A program made the position numbers and the translations under genes. A DNA stretch of 63,264 nt, counting the filler, from Octopus bimaculoides (lineage: Eukaryota), in assembly GCF_001194135.2 (NCBI RefSeq). It is 3 parts of 3 records of this genome, joined end to end, with 100 filler letters (N's around TTAATTAATTAA, not from the genome) between each part and the next. Parts side by side here need not be neighbours in the genome. Positions count along the whole stretch, not along the records: positions 20,560 to 40,372 come from NC_068981.1; positions 40,473 to 63,264 come from NC_068986.1; 1 more part is not named here. One strand, given 5' to 3'. Positions 37,388 to 51,008 of the stretch are shown here, in pieces. Under the pieces are notes generated by a model that was not told the DNA's origin, ran no database searches, and saw nothing but the letters and a program-made list of their open reading frames with translations. Each line of letters opens with the position of its first letter. The first letter of the stretch is position 1.

Positions 37388-38317
37388 CATAGAGAATGAG
37401 AAAGAGAGGGGTTTAGAGAGATGGAGACAAAGGATTAAAGGGAACGAATACAAGTTATTGAGTGAAAGTTAGATAAATAAGCAAATATATGGAGATAAAC
37501 CTAGCTAGCTAAAAGTTACCTAGACATGCACGCCAATATATACACATACATGTCTATGTATATATATATATATATATATGTATGTATATATATATATATA
37601 TATANNNNNNNNNNNNNNNNNNNNNNNNNNNNNNNNNNNNNNNNNNNNNNNNNNNNNNNNNNNNNNNNNNNNNNNNNNNNNNNNNNNNNNNNNNNNNNNN
37701 NNNNNNNNNNNNNNNNNNNNNNNNNNNNNNNNNNNNNNNNNNNNNNNNNNNNNNNNNNNNNNNNNNNNNNNNNNNNNNNNNNNNNNNNNNNNNNNNNNNN
37801 NNNNNNNNNNNNNNNNNNNNNNNNNNNNNNNNNNNNNNNNNNNNNNNNNNNNNNNNNNNNNNNNNNNNNNNNNNNNNNNNNNNNNNNNNNNNNNNNNNNN
37901 NNNNNNNNNNNNNNNNNNNNNNNNNNNNNNNNNNNNNNNNNNNNNNNNNNNNNNNNNNNNNNNNNNNNNNNNNNNNNNNNNNNNNNNNNNNNNNNNNNNN
38001 NNNNNNNNNNNNNNNNNNNNNNNNNNNNNNNNNNNNNNNNNNNNNNNNNNNNNNNNNNNNNNNNNNNNNNNNNNNNNNNNNNNNNNNNNNNNNNNNNNNN
38101 NNNNNNNNNNNNNNNNNNNNNNNNNNNNNNNNNNNNNNNNNNNNNNNNNNNNNNNNNNNNNNNNNNNNNNNNNNNNNNNNNNNNNNNNNNNNNNNNNNNN
38201 NNNNNNNNNNNNNNNNNNNNNNNNNNNNNNNNNNNNNNNNNNNNNNNNNNNNNNNNNNNNNNNNNNTACATATATGTATATAGTAAAAGAGTATATATTT
38301 ATATATATGTGTATATT

Positions 38318-38385
<68 letters not shown>

Positions 38386-38405
38386 ATATTTATATATATA
38401 TATGT

Positions 38406-39044
38406 AAGTGGACTCAATATATACTAGATATAGATGTCAAATTGCCTAACCACAAAGAGTGTGTTTTCAAGAAAACATTTCAGCAAAACGGCAGAATGTA
38501 AAAATGAGCGAGTCAAATGAAAATATACGAAATAAAAATCGATTTCCTACGTACCAATGGTTTCGCTTGTTAATATTTACGCATGTAAATATCCGCAGGC
38601 TCATCAGCGTAGTCTGTCGTTTACAAAACATAATTTCCAGAACTAGATACAGAACGCTCCCCCGAAAGAGAGTATGTATAAAGTTTTGCCAATTATATAA
38701 ATGAAGACATTTGAGAAATACACCAAATATAATTTGCAGATACACCAATATACACCAAATACACCAAATATATTTGCAAAACTTTATACATGCTCTCTGT
38801 GTCTAGTTCTGGAAATTATGTTTTGTAAACGACAGACTACGCTGATGAACCTGCAGATATTTACATGCGTAAATATTAACAAGCGAAACCATTGGTACGT
38901 AGGTAATCGTTTTTGATTTCGTATATTTTCATTTGTATTGCTCATTTTTACATTCTAGCGCTTTGCTAAAATTGTTTTCTTGAGAACACACTCTTTTTGG
39001 TTAGGCGATTTAACGTCTATATATAGCATATAAGGAGTCCACTT
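38406..39044. mobile_element. Foldback element with about 290-bp inverted arms
   Basis: Termini AAGTGGACTC and GAGTCCACTT. The arms are colinear reverse complements; the same peptide appears on both strands in the ORF track (LVLEIMFCKRQTTLM...KRNHWYVGNRF). Confidence 0.9.
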
Positions 39045-39128
39045 TGGTGGTCATTCCTCTTAATTTTGTATGAAATATCATTTTTAATCTTCGAATCTTT
39101 TAATATATGAAATATATATCTATCTATC

Positions 39129-39178
<50 letters not shown>

Positions 39179-40169
39179 TAAATGTATTTATTCTATCCTA
39201 ATAAATAATAATTCTGATAGAATAAATGGGTTAATAGAAACCAAGGTAGCAAAGATCACAAAATAACTGTGGTGTAATTCCTGTTGGTGAGGCAGAAACT
39301 CCTTGATATTTTGGGTATTTGAGTATATTTAAAAATTTAAGGAATGGAGAAAACGCAATATATACATGGATGTATGTACACGTGAGAGAGAGAGAGAAAG
39401 GAAGAGAGAGAGGAAGAGAGAGACAAAGAAGTCTTTTTCGATGACAGTGATGAGTTCTCAACAATTACGTCTTTGTCATAACCCAGTCTATGGTGCTTCA
39501 AAAACGTTCTTTCTTTCAGTCGCTTTGATTGTTTTTGCATCTATCTTTGCAAAGTTTTGATTTTAAAAAATAAAGTAAATAATTTCTGCTACTGTTACTT
39601 AAGAATTTGCATGAAGAACCGGTTTTAACTTGAGTATGTGCAGAATTTACACCAGACTCTCGTTTTAATCCATGAACTTGAAGTGTCGCAGTTAAGCCAA
39701 TTAGCAGATATCAAAGAACGCGTCTTATGGAAGAGAGAAATGTAAAACTAAAACAGATCACGCTTGTCTTTCTTACCGTCATTGTTCGTATTACATATGG
39801 GATATCTTTACTGAAATTTGTCTGATAACAGGAAACAAGTCCCTAAGCGGATGTAATATGAAATATATAAAATAGCATATATAAACGCAATATGATGCAT
39901 TAGACTGAATGTTGCCTTGGTTCTGTTTCTGAAAAGTTTACTCTTGCTGTTCTCGTCTCCTTCGCTGAATAGTTATTGACCTTATACTGCGTTCATCTGT
40001 TTAGTGACAAGTATTGTTTTCGCCCTGATGGTTTCTAGCAACCCCTCTTAGTGGAATAACCTAAGGAGTAATTTCGCGTGTATCTGTATGTATGTGTGTG
40101 TATGTGTGTAAGTGTGTGTATGTGTATATATATATAGATATGTGTCTGTGTGTCTCTGAGACTGCCTTT

Positions 40170-40748
40170 GTTTCCCACAACAACTTCACAACTGATGTTA
40201 ATTTGTTTATGTCAGCGTAACCTAGCGTTTCGGCAAAAGTGACCGTGGAATAAGTACTAGCTTTAAAAAGAAATAAGTACTGGATCCGATTCATTTGACT
40301 AAAAATCTTCAAGGCGTTGCCCCAGCATGGCGGCAGTCTAATGAGTGAAATAAGTAAAAGTTATATATATATNNNNNNNNNNNNNNNNNNNNNNNNNNNN
40401 NNNNNNNNNNNNNNNNTTAATTAATTAANNNNNNNNNNNNNNNNNNNNNNNNNNNNNNNNNNNNNNNNNNNNGATTTAGTACACGGAAACTGAAAGAAGC
40501 CCGTCGTATATATGTATATATATATGTGTGTGTGTGTGTATGTGTTTGTATGTCTGTGTTTGTCCCCCCAACATCGCTTGACAACCGATGCTGGTGTGTT
40601 TATGTTCCCGTAACTTAGCGGTTCGGCAAAAGAGACCGATAGAATAAGTACTAGGCTTACAAAGAATAAGTCCTGGGGTCGATTTGCTCGACTAAAGGCG
40701 GTTCTCCAGCATGGCCGCAGTCAAAAGACTGAAACAAGTAAAAGAGTA
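40170..40748 (+). mobile_element. Two partial S2 SINEs either side of a 100-bp spacer
   Basis: S2 tails at 40170-40345 and 40473-40748. Confidence 0.85.
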
Positions 40749-41473
40749 AAATAGTATATATATATATAAGATATAACAACACACACACATCCTTGTGTGT
40801 GTTGTTATATCTTGAGAGGATCATTTTGTCAATAAGGAAGAATCTTAATCTTTGTATTTCACATTTAAGCTGCTGCGCAGTCAATTAACCAAATTACCAA
40901 ATCAATTTCTTGTTTAATCTTTAGTTCACTCAATCGCTCAGATAATTGATTATTTCATCGAAATATTAATTAGGTTGAGTAGTTAATTGGTTAACTCTTC
41001 AACTTCATATACTATGAATAACAATGGTTTCAAATTCTGGCGCAAAAGCAACAATTTTTAGTCGAAGGAGGGTGAATTTCACTGGTACTTATTCTATGGA
41101 ACTCGATTGGATGAAATGGGAAGTGGACATCGAAGGAATTTAAACTGAGAACTTAATGAGCTAGATGAATTACTCTCAGACATTTTTTAGGGATCACTAC
41201 TGATTCTACCAGCTTGCCGTTTTATAAAATACCAAAAGATGATGTTTTATAAAGAATCGTGCAAAGAAATGAATTCGTGCACATGAATATATATGCATAC
41301 ACACAAGTATGCAAGCATAAATACATGCATACATACATACATACATACATACATACATACATACGTACATACATACGTACGTACGTACGTACATGCATAC
41401 ATGCATACATGTAAACATACATGCATACATGCATACATGCATGCATACATACATGCATACATACATACATACA

Positions 41474-41503
<30 letters not shown>

Positions 41504-41507
<4 letters not shown>

Positions 41508-41940
41508 CGTCGGAAAGACCACCCCGAGGACAAAGAAATAAGAACCTACAGTATGCTAGAAGCTGTAGCCACTTATAATAAAAAGAATTACTGGTGGAAT
41601 GTCCCAGTGAAAACCCGAATGAAATGTAAACACTATAGGCCTAACATAATGATTTGGGATGGAGAAGAGAAACTGTGTACAATTGTGGAAATCAGCTACC
41701 CAGCGGATATTAACATAAAGCTGAAGATCAGTGAAAAATAGAATACCAACCTTAAACTATTGAGAAATCTGCAATTACTCTATCCAGATTAGAAGTTCAG
41801 GTTTATACCTGTAATTATTGCGGCACTGGGATACGTAACAGACTGTTCTAAATACCAATTTTGAGAAATTAGGCTTCCCAAAACCAGAAGGGAGAAAGTT
41901 TATTCGAAGACTACAGATGCAAACTATCACTGGAACTGTC
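41504..41940 (+). mobile_element. Dong/R4-type LINE restriction-like endonuclease domain remnant
   Basis: YWWNVPVKT...RPNIMIWD...KLCTIVEISYPADINI..K..EK, then LLYPD*KFRFIPVIIAALG...RRLQMQTITGTV (PD..D/E RLE fold). Confidence 0.85.
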
Positions 41941-42423
41941 ATACATACATACATACATACATATCTTATTAACAGTTTCGATCTTTTCGCATTCAACATT
42001 GGACATTCAGACACCGGAAAAGACAACTGCTTCTCTCCTTTGTCGATGATTCCTCACTGTCTGTAGAAAGAAAGCGTTAGTTCGCTCAATCTAGTCGAAT
42101 AGAAGCCAAAGACAACAAAAGAACTAAGAGTAAAATAAAGTATTTAACGTCTTTGAATAGCTAAAACGGTCGAGGGACTACTGATCTCTGATTGACTCAT
42201 CTGAAACTGCCACACGCTGCATGAGACGTGAATGAGTTCACTATTGATCTAGAAAAGAAAGCAAAAATTATCGTCCGGCTCGGACTTTCACTGGATGGAG
42301 GTCAAAGCGCTTAAAAATGCAAATATCCAACCTACATTCTGTGAACTGTTTTGATTGTATATAGAAGTGTGTATGTGATTACGGAAGCGTAAAGCAAGCA
42401 ATCTCTCTCACTCTCTCTGACAC

Positions 42424-42454
<31 letters not shown>

Positions 42455-44201
42455 GAATCGTACACACACTCAAGCATACACGGAAATACATCATGCATAC
42501 TTCACTATATACATAGTCATCTCATTATTCCTTTTTAAATAAAATAAAATTGTGATATATCTGCACATCATTGGATTATATGTTTCTCTTTATTGACCTT
42601 ATCAGACAAATTGAGATATTTGGTTCAACTGATATCAGTTATAATTAAAAATGGATGGGAGTATTCTAACAATAGATACCGAAGGTAAAGAAGTTCTATA
42701 TGAATTGAAATGCGAAGGAAAGTATCTGGGAATGAGAAGGATGGAGTAGAAGTAGAACCTCAATACGGACACATTTATAATTAGTTAAAATGCCTAAATA
42801 GTATGTATATAAAACTATAGGAGTAAGCATATGAAGGAAGAACTCCATAATGAATTTTACTTGTAAAGAAAGTTGACGAGAAAATACATTTAAAAAATCC
42901 TAAGAAAGTAAAAAAAAAAGGAAAGAACTAGGTAAGTAACATCTATAATCTGGGTTTAAATATTATTTTGAATTACGTTAAGGAAGCAATCAACTAAAGA
43001 AATCTACTGATGCAGAAGAAAATAGATGTCCCCAAAAGATATGCTTCTAAGTCAAGACGGCAACGCAGCAGTATTCTTCGATGTTATTTGTTTATAAGAC
43101 AGGGAAAAGCAAACAAATACTGAGAAACTGAGACGTAAGAGATTTTTTAAAAAATGGAATATGGAGGGAAAGAGAGAAGAGGAAGAAATAGAGGAAGACG
43201 AGGCGGATGTACAAAAAGGAGGCGGACGACGAGGGGAACGAGAAGGAGGACGAGAAGCAGGACGAGGGGGACGACGACGACGAGACGCATCAAAAATTTT
43301 AAAACTGGCACCGATGTAATGTTAATTCTATAAAGAACTCTGTTTTCGTACGTCTCCTACCAACATCTATTTAGAGGGGTAGAGTATATGATTCATTGAT
43401 GATGATATATTGGAAAAGGAAACGTCTAGTTTTGTCTCCCGTATTTACATAATTAGAATAATATTAATTATAATTATTTCCGGTCAGTTTTCAGTAATAG
43501 CAGTATGTAATTGGTTACTCTTTGTGTTTTCCTGCAAATTGTGTGCAGAAGTAATTGAGCCAGAGGTACATCAAGAGAGAGAAAGGGGTGCGATTTAACG
43601 CACAACAAAGGGATTATTAACTCTGCCAGACAAACGAAAAAATTAGCAATATATTGAAAGCAAATATAATTATTACAATTTTTAAAAAATTGCGGCACAT
43701 TCGATTAGAACCAATATAATAAAAGATAAAAATTGAGCTTGGTGTATTTGTCGAATGTTCGTTTGTGTATTTCTGCACATGAATACACATTCACATCTAT
43801 CAGTGGGTGAGTATGTATATTCCCGAGGGTGGGGAATAAATGTCGGTAGTTACATATTTCTAACCCTGCAAAAGGTAAAACATCAGAGTTCAAATCACAA
43901 GTTTAAATAGCAGTTGTTTCCAACAATATCAAAAGTTCCACAATTTTCTGCCCCGCAGGGCAAAAATAACAGTTCACAAATTAACAACAATTCAAATTTC
44001 AACAAGTACAACAAACAGTGCAATAACAAGGAAACATTACGTAATAAATTAAATTTACAAACACGCAGCAGCCAAAAGGAGATGTACCTAAGCGAGGCAA
44101 CTCTGAACGAACTAAATAAACCTTATAGCATTATATATAATTCAGCCAACACATTGATTGATTTTCGCAATGGCGTTCGGTAGTGTTTACGTAAAATCAC
44201 A

Positions 44202-44279
<78 letters not shown>

Positions 44280-45314
44280 GTGTGTATGGATCGATCGATC
44301 GATGTATAAGCCAAAATAATTTGGTCCCCTCACATAATATATTTCCTGGATACATACAATAAATGCCAAGACGATATACTACCGAATACTCTGATTTGAA
44401 CTGCGACTAAAATAAAAAGCTTTCCAGTAATGAAATAAAAAGATTTGAACTGCAGCTAAAGTAAATAGCTGACCAGCAATGAATGGTCTTAGGCGGTTTA
44501 TCATTGAGTAGTTACATGCATAGTAGAATGAAAGTATGAACAGGCAAATAACTGGTATTGGTTTAGATTATGAATGGATGGATGGCTGGACAGACAACCT
44601 AAATTACAGATATTACAGTTCGGAAATGAAAACCCAAAAAACCGAACAGATAAATGCAAGTTATCCTGCCCAGTTTTGCAATAGTTCTACCAACCAATCA
44701 CAGTGGATAGGAACATTTTTATCGACCCCGAACAAAGAAAATATAAACTGAACCTCAGCGGGATTTGAACTTAAAGAAAATTTTGAATGAAATGCTATGG
44801 GACTTTCTATTCAGTGAATAAATGACATTACCAACAATCTGACCTAATGATTGTGGAAAATTTCTTTCAGTATTATTATATTTAGTTAGTTATTTAGTGC
44901 ACGTCATTAATGAATGTATTTATATGCAAATGAGTACAATTGGTGTCAGTAACACATAGTATTTGTCGTAATTCTAAGCTGATTTCACTCTCCGTAGAGG
45001 AAATGAAGTAGGCACTCGATAAGCTGGTTATAACAAGGTGAAACCAGATCTGTTTACATAGCCATATTTGTTTATTAAACGCACACAGACATTCATGCTC
45101 ACACTTATATAGAGAGAAAGAGAGAGTGAGTATGCATGTATGACAGTACAGATATGATCTATATAAAACTGTTGTGTATTAAATTGTGGTTAGACTACTA
45201 TATTGGCAAAATAGAACATTACATATGCGAGATGGTGTTGCGGCGACTGAGATGTCAGACCACTCGAGAAAATCTTCTCAATGCACTCTAGATGTTAGTG
45301 AAATATCGCTGAGA

Positions 45315-45850
45315 CAGGAGGCTGCAATAGACGCTAGGATTGTTGATGCAGGGCACAGTAATGCGCTATCTTCAGTTCTGTTTTCGCGTTTAACTTGACC
45401 TATCACCATGAATGTTGAGTAATGACCAAAAGTGGTCGATCTTGAATACAAGCAGCCGATATAGGTTTCGTCCGAAGGATCTCTGAAGGAACATTAATTG
45501 AAAGTGTGCAGAGCTCGGAGATCTGGGAGTCTTTCCAGGTCGAGCCGCTGCTTCTCCGCATTGAGAGGTCACAGCTCTGGTACTAAGGACATGTAATTAG
45601 AATGTCACAGGAAAGAATCGCAGGACGGATTTTTCAAACCGAGCCAACAGGTAAGAGCCCTTTGGGTAGACCAAAAGGTAGACCATTGCATGGTTGGAGA
45701 ATATCCACGGTCACAGTTGGTCACGTTTAGGAATCTAGCCGGAAAGTCTAATGGACGGTTGCTTCTAGTGGGACCCTATGGAAGAGGCACCTGAGGACTC
45801 TACCCCCCACGACTATCTCAGGAATTGTGGGTAGAGAAGATGGATGGATA
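45315..45850 (+). mobile_element. RTE-clade LINE 3' fragment
   Basis: RQEAAIDARI; then frameshifted IRESFQVEPLLLRIERSQL.Y.GHVIRMSQERIA.RIF..PTGK.PLGRPK; GATG tail. Confidence 0.8.
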
Positions 45851-45959
45851 ATAAACATAATTTAACCTTCATGGTAAACAGACACTGTGGTTAGACAACA
45901 ACGCTATCTCTAACAAAATTAGATTAACATAGTCGTTACCTATTCATTGGGCATATGTA

Positions 45960-46430
45960 TTAGTCATCCCATAAATAATGCGGTTTTTCTGTTTTACTTC
46001 TTTTATTTTTCAAAATTAAGATAAACAAAGTTCTAATCTAAAATATACTCTCCTTCATTTTCTACATGCCCTTCCATCTATCTGGTAGACTTGCAAGGCC
46101 CCACTTCCAAAATTCACTTGTTCATGATGAAAAATACACCTCCAGTACTGTTCTGATCTCGTCTACAGAATTCATATTTTTCCGTTCAAATGAGTTCGAA
46201 GACTTTGGAATAAATGATAATCAGGAGTGACAATGTCCGGCGAATATGGTGGGTGAGGCATCGTTTTCCATTCAAACTGCTCCAGCTTTTGGAATGTCAT
46301 CCTCGCTGTATGTTGCCGAGCATTAGACTCGGAAATTTTGTGAGGATCCCATTGACCCATTTTGCTGACTTTTCCGATAGGACGCAGGTGTCGATGAATG
46401 GTTTGACCAAATCGAAGATATATTGATAGA
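45960..46430 (-). mobile_element. Internally deleted mariner transposase remnant with 3' TIR
   Basis: GQWDPHKISE (WVPHEL motif) fused to NARQHT...HPPYSPDIVTPDYHLFQSL; TIR-like TTAGTCATCCCATAAATAATGCG at 45960. Confidence 0.85.
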
Positions 46431-47374
46431 TATGTATACAAACACACGGTTGCACACACACACACACACAAACATGCATGCATGCATGCATACATACATA
46501 CATACATACATACATACATACATACATACATACACACACTCACAACTGCCACCACCACGAACACCTCCCACACACACACACATATATCCAGGAAATATAT
46601 TTTATGGGAAATATCGAACCTAAATTATATTGTTATTGTCTATTTGACATTTCATTCACATGTAAAAAGAATATGTTTCCTAATTGTGTTCGCACTATTA
46701 AATTATCTTGTTGTTGACATGTGCTTCACAATCAGAATGTCATCGTTTGTTTTCCATTGTCACTTGGCAGACATTGAGATATTGTTTATTGATATATCTT
46801 GTAATAACTGTAGGTGTTATCATTATAATACATGGATGGATTGGCATAATGGAGAGATCGATCGAGAAAATGCATGACGTTTATCTATTTACGACCTTCT
46901 CTGTTCAAATCTTACTGGGTTGAACTTCGTCTTTCAACATTGCAGGGACAATAAAAATATGAATACAATCAGATAATGATTCGTTATAATAGACTATTCG
47001 GATCTCCCCAAATGTTTGGCAGTTTTCCAGTGGCGGAAATCATTACTACTATCAAAAGAAGAGCGGTAGATTCGCAGATTCATTAGATCGTTGGAAAAAT
47101 TGTTTGCTGTATTCGTCCCGGCTCTTTATGATGTGTATTAAAATGACCCAGATTTTAATTTTGCCTTTCATTCTTCTGGGCTCGATAAAACAAAGTGCCT
47201 GTCAAGTATTAAGATCGATGGTATCGATTAACCCCACCACCAGTCACACACACATACACATATTGAAAATTACTGGATTCGTGTCTAAGTTAGACGCAGT
47301 TATTATACAAATATGGCTGTGCTGGGGGTGGAAATTGAAAGAATGTGTTATATATTGGCTTCTAATTTTTGTGC

Positions 47375-47570
47375 AACGCCAACAATTAAGGAGGGGGGAT
47401 TAAGTCAATGACATCGACGTCAGTGCTCAACTGATACTTATTTTATCGACCCCGAAACGCTGAAGGGCAAAATCGACCTCAGAGGAATTTGAGCTCAGAA
47501 CATAAAGATTGACGAAATGCCGCTATGAATTTTGCCCGGTGTGCTAACGGTTCTGCCAGCTCACTACCTT
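47375..47570 (-). mobile_element. SINE family S1
   Basis: Reverse S1 consensus; a degraded plus copy lies at about 47060-47235. Confidence 0.85.
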
Positions 47571-48288
47571 AAAATGTGTTATAGATTAAAGTTGGAAGAA
47601 TGTGAATTGGATGAGATTCTGTAGCTAATTCTACTAGCTCGAATCACCAAGTCCAGCCTATTTATTTATTTGGTTCCTTAATATCAGTTGCTTCTGGAGA
47701 AAAATCCATGGTCGGAAAATTCGATGTGAATATAGGAATTATTCATACTATATACGTTTTAGTTGTTGCTTTTCTTTTTATTCTCTCTATCTTCAGACAA
47801 CCCATGACCAAGTAGACTAATTATCAAAGAAATTAGTTCACTAATTATGAAAGATATTCCAACCTTGCCTTCTTGTGGGAGCTTAGTGTTCTCCCTTTTG
47901 AGGTTGCAAGTATGATAAGTTAGAAATTTGGGTCCTATTTGTATGAAATCGAATAGTTACATGAAGAAGCTTTCAGTGAGTCTTAGTATAGTTAAATAGT
48001 AACTGGTTGGGTTCGAAATCAGTCAACCTATGTAGATTAAGTCTCTTAAGTTGGTATTTTCTTATAATTATTTCTATCATATAAAATTGTGTTATCTGTC
48101 AACTTGAGTTTCCAAGAGAGTTGGAGATAACTAATATATCTTTTGGAGTTTGTATAGTATTGCTTCCAACTTGTCTGCAATAAATGTTTTATGGAACATT
48201 ATATTTAGTTAATGCCAGACAGAATAACTGAGAAGTATGCAACAACAGGGATAGAAAGGGTAGGTGGCGGGGAGGATGAGGTGGTGGA

Positions 48289-48447
48289 GAAGAAGAAGAA
48301 GAAGAAGAAGAAGAAGAAGAAGAAGAAGAAGAAGAAGAAGAAGAAGAAGAAGAAGAAGAAGAAGAAGAAGAAGAAGAAGAAGAAGAAGAAGAAGAAGAAG
48401 AAGAAGAAGAAGAAGAAGAAGAAGAAGAAGAAGAAGAAGAAGAAGAA
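48289..48447. repeat. Pure (GAA)53 microsatellite
   Basis: Direct reading. Confidence 0.97.
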
Positions 48448-48931
48448 ACATGTATTATCTTCATGTTGAGATCAAAAGTTGGTGTCGGTGTCTTATACGT
48501 ATGATTCTGAAAAGCATCAGAGTAAAATGACATCGAATAACAAGTGCTTAGTGGATTGTGAATCAATTGAGTATATGAGTAATGGCAGTATTATTTCATC
48601 TTCATTTTATATGAAATACATATGTGTACTTGTATGTATCAAAGTACTTCTGAAATGAATGGTAAAGCAGAAATTTTTCAAAGGACTGAATGAATTAAGT
48701 TTTGAAAGACATCAATGAATAAACTACCGTCTAATTAAATTAAAAGCAATTCAAAGCATATATAATAAAATAAGTGCATTACACGTTAAAATGGATGTAT
48801 TTTCGTAAATTGTTTGCATTCATAGAACATAAACAGAACCATCGTTAGCCAGAAGGTATTTAAGAAAATTTAATTTCGCATGTAATTTCATACATGCAGA
48901 CACAGGCGGGGTTGTGTAATAAGAAAGGCGA

Positions 48932-49270
48932 GGACGTGGCTGTGTGGTAAAAGTTTACTTCCAAACCATATAGTTCCGGGTTCAGTCCCACTGCGTGGAA
49001 GCTTGAGCAAGTGTCTTCTACTATAGTCTCGAGCCGACCAAAGCCTTGTGAGCGAATTTAGTAGACGGAAACTAAGAGACGCTCGTCGAACAAACTTTAT
49101 ACGTAGTGGGGAGGTGTTTCGCTGCCTGTGCTTTCCCTCAACGCTGCTTGACAACCAATGACGGTGTGTTTACGTCCCTGTAACGTAATGATTCGGCAAA
49201 AATACCGGGTTTATAAACAAAATTGTTATTGAGGTCGATTCTTTCGACTGAAAACCCTTCAAGTCTAATG
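48932..49270 (+). mobile_element. SINE family S2
   Basis: GTGGCTGTGTGGTAA head, GGGTTCAGTCCC, S2 body and tail. Confidence 0.85.
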
Positions 49271-50270
49271 ACTGGAAAAAAAAAAGAAAAGATAAGAAGA
49301 TACTTGAGACCATTATGTCAAGACTGATTAATTTTTTCATATTGAAAGCATATATCAGAAAATGAAAGTATATTATGCATATATGCAATCGTATTTCAGT
49401 AATGATTGAAACAATTAAAAAGACGCATGCGAGGTAAAAAGATGCATGAGAGCAAAGCTTAAACTACACAGAATTCAAATTTCCTATATTTATACATTGA
49501 ACAACCACTACAGTATCTGTTAAGAAATTCAGCTGTAACCGTACACAAAGTTATTTAATAATTTTTCAAAATACACCCGGAAGGCAGTGTAAAGCAGATA
49601 TTTACCGAAGAATTAAATCAACTATGTATACAGAGTTTGTAACCCGTATGCTCAAGACTGAATGAATTTTTTAAAATAGCAATTGAAAGTGTATATAAGA
49701 AAATGAAAATATACATATACACAACTGTATTTCAATAATAAACTTGCAAACATAAAAATGCAAAAAAAAATAAGAGAAATTTATACAGATCATATACACT
49801 TTTGACAACAACACCTTTACCCACAAGGTATAAAGTTGTATTTCCCTAAACTAGATGTATTCAAAAATATATAAACTGAAAATCTAAATTTATACAGGTC
49901 ATATACACTAAACCATGAAGTGTAACATTAGTTTAAAACTTCAGAGTTTAAATACAACTTCCTTTTCAGTTCATATCTAGATAAAAACTACAAACAGGTC
50001 TTTACACATAGTTTTAACTGTACTGAATAAAATGCGCCATAAATTAGAAATCCATAAAAGGGATCAGGCAATAAGGTTTGGGATGACATAAAGAAATATA
50101 GGCGTTAATGGAAGTTAAAATGACAGTTTAAATGATATGCATTACGCCAAAAAAGATAGTATGCTTCTGCCTTCTATCTTTTTGGCTTAATGCATATAAT
50201 TTAAACTGGGTTTCGTGAAATCTGTTGCACTCACAAAGGCACAAATAAAGCATAAGATGTATTTACCTAG

Positions 50271-50313
50271 GTGTTTTAAAAACATTAGGATTAATAGCTC
50301 AGAACACTTTAAG
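50271..50313 (+). CDS. Candidate small exon (CFKNIRINSSEHFK)
   Basis: TTTACCTAG acceptor and AAG|GTGTGC donor; an 89-nt intron leads to the next exon in matching phase. Confidence 0.3.
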
Positions 50314-50402
50314 GTGTGCTTAGCTACAATAATTATCCTGAGCATCAAATCGAGTGCTTCGAATTATTATATGCAAATTCAGTCTACATATATATATTTC
50401 AG

Positions 50403-50497
50403 GATTTTGCGCCAATTCTCCGATTTCAGTATAGGTACCCTACATCACTCAAAGAACCGTGGAAACTCTATAAAGTGGTCTTGAATGTGTGTGTAGC
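50403..50497 (+). CDS. Candidate internal exon (DFAPILRFQYRYPTSLKEPWKLYKVVLNVCVA)
   Basis: ATTTCAG acceptor and consensus GTAAGT donor at 50498. Only one frame is open across the 95 nt. Confidence 0.45.
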
Positions 50498-50617
50498 GTA
50501 AGTGTATAACAATATTATAATGTATACACACACACACACAAACACACACATATGTGTGTATATACCAATACATTCATGAATATATATCTATATTCATATA
50601 TATATATATATACATAC

Positions 50618-50669
<52 letters not shown>

Positions 50670-50926
50670 ACATTGTATTTGTATTGTATATATTATAATA
50701 GAAATATAGATGTATAAATGCATAAATATTAAAATATATATATTATACAGATACATACATATTTCATATATATAATATATGCAATATATATGAGTATTTG
50801 TCTCCATACGCACAGATGCATATATGTATGTGTTTGTTAGTATGTATGTATATTGGTGTATACGAAGTTTGGCGCCGTATAAGGAAGATTTATTGACTAC
50901 TCAGCTTTTTAGTCCTGTTTATTTAG

Positions 50927-51008
50927 GTTCTTTGTGTATTTCATTATGTTTTGGCGTCTGTATTCTTCAAATTATGTCGCACAACTTCTTTTACTAAAAT
51001 TGAATTAG
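50927..51008 (+). CDS. Candidate terminal exon (FFVYFIMFWRLYSSNYVAQLLLLKLN*)
   Basis: TTATTTAG acceptor; phase matches the previous exon and completes a hydrophobic segment. Confidence 0.3.

Noticed and set aside
42606-42760. Apparent exon with GTAAAG donor
   Set aside because: The overlapping frame ELKCEGKYLG resembles an RT YKYLG motif; likely a LINE remnant.
43914-44183. 89-aa N-rich ORF after a CCCCGCAG acceptor
   Set aside because: Low-complexity, no donor or partner exon, no homology.
46993-47403. 137-codon stop-free frame
   Set aside because: Most of it is a degraded S1 SINE; the openness is fortuitous.
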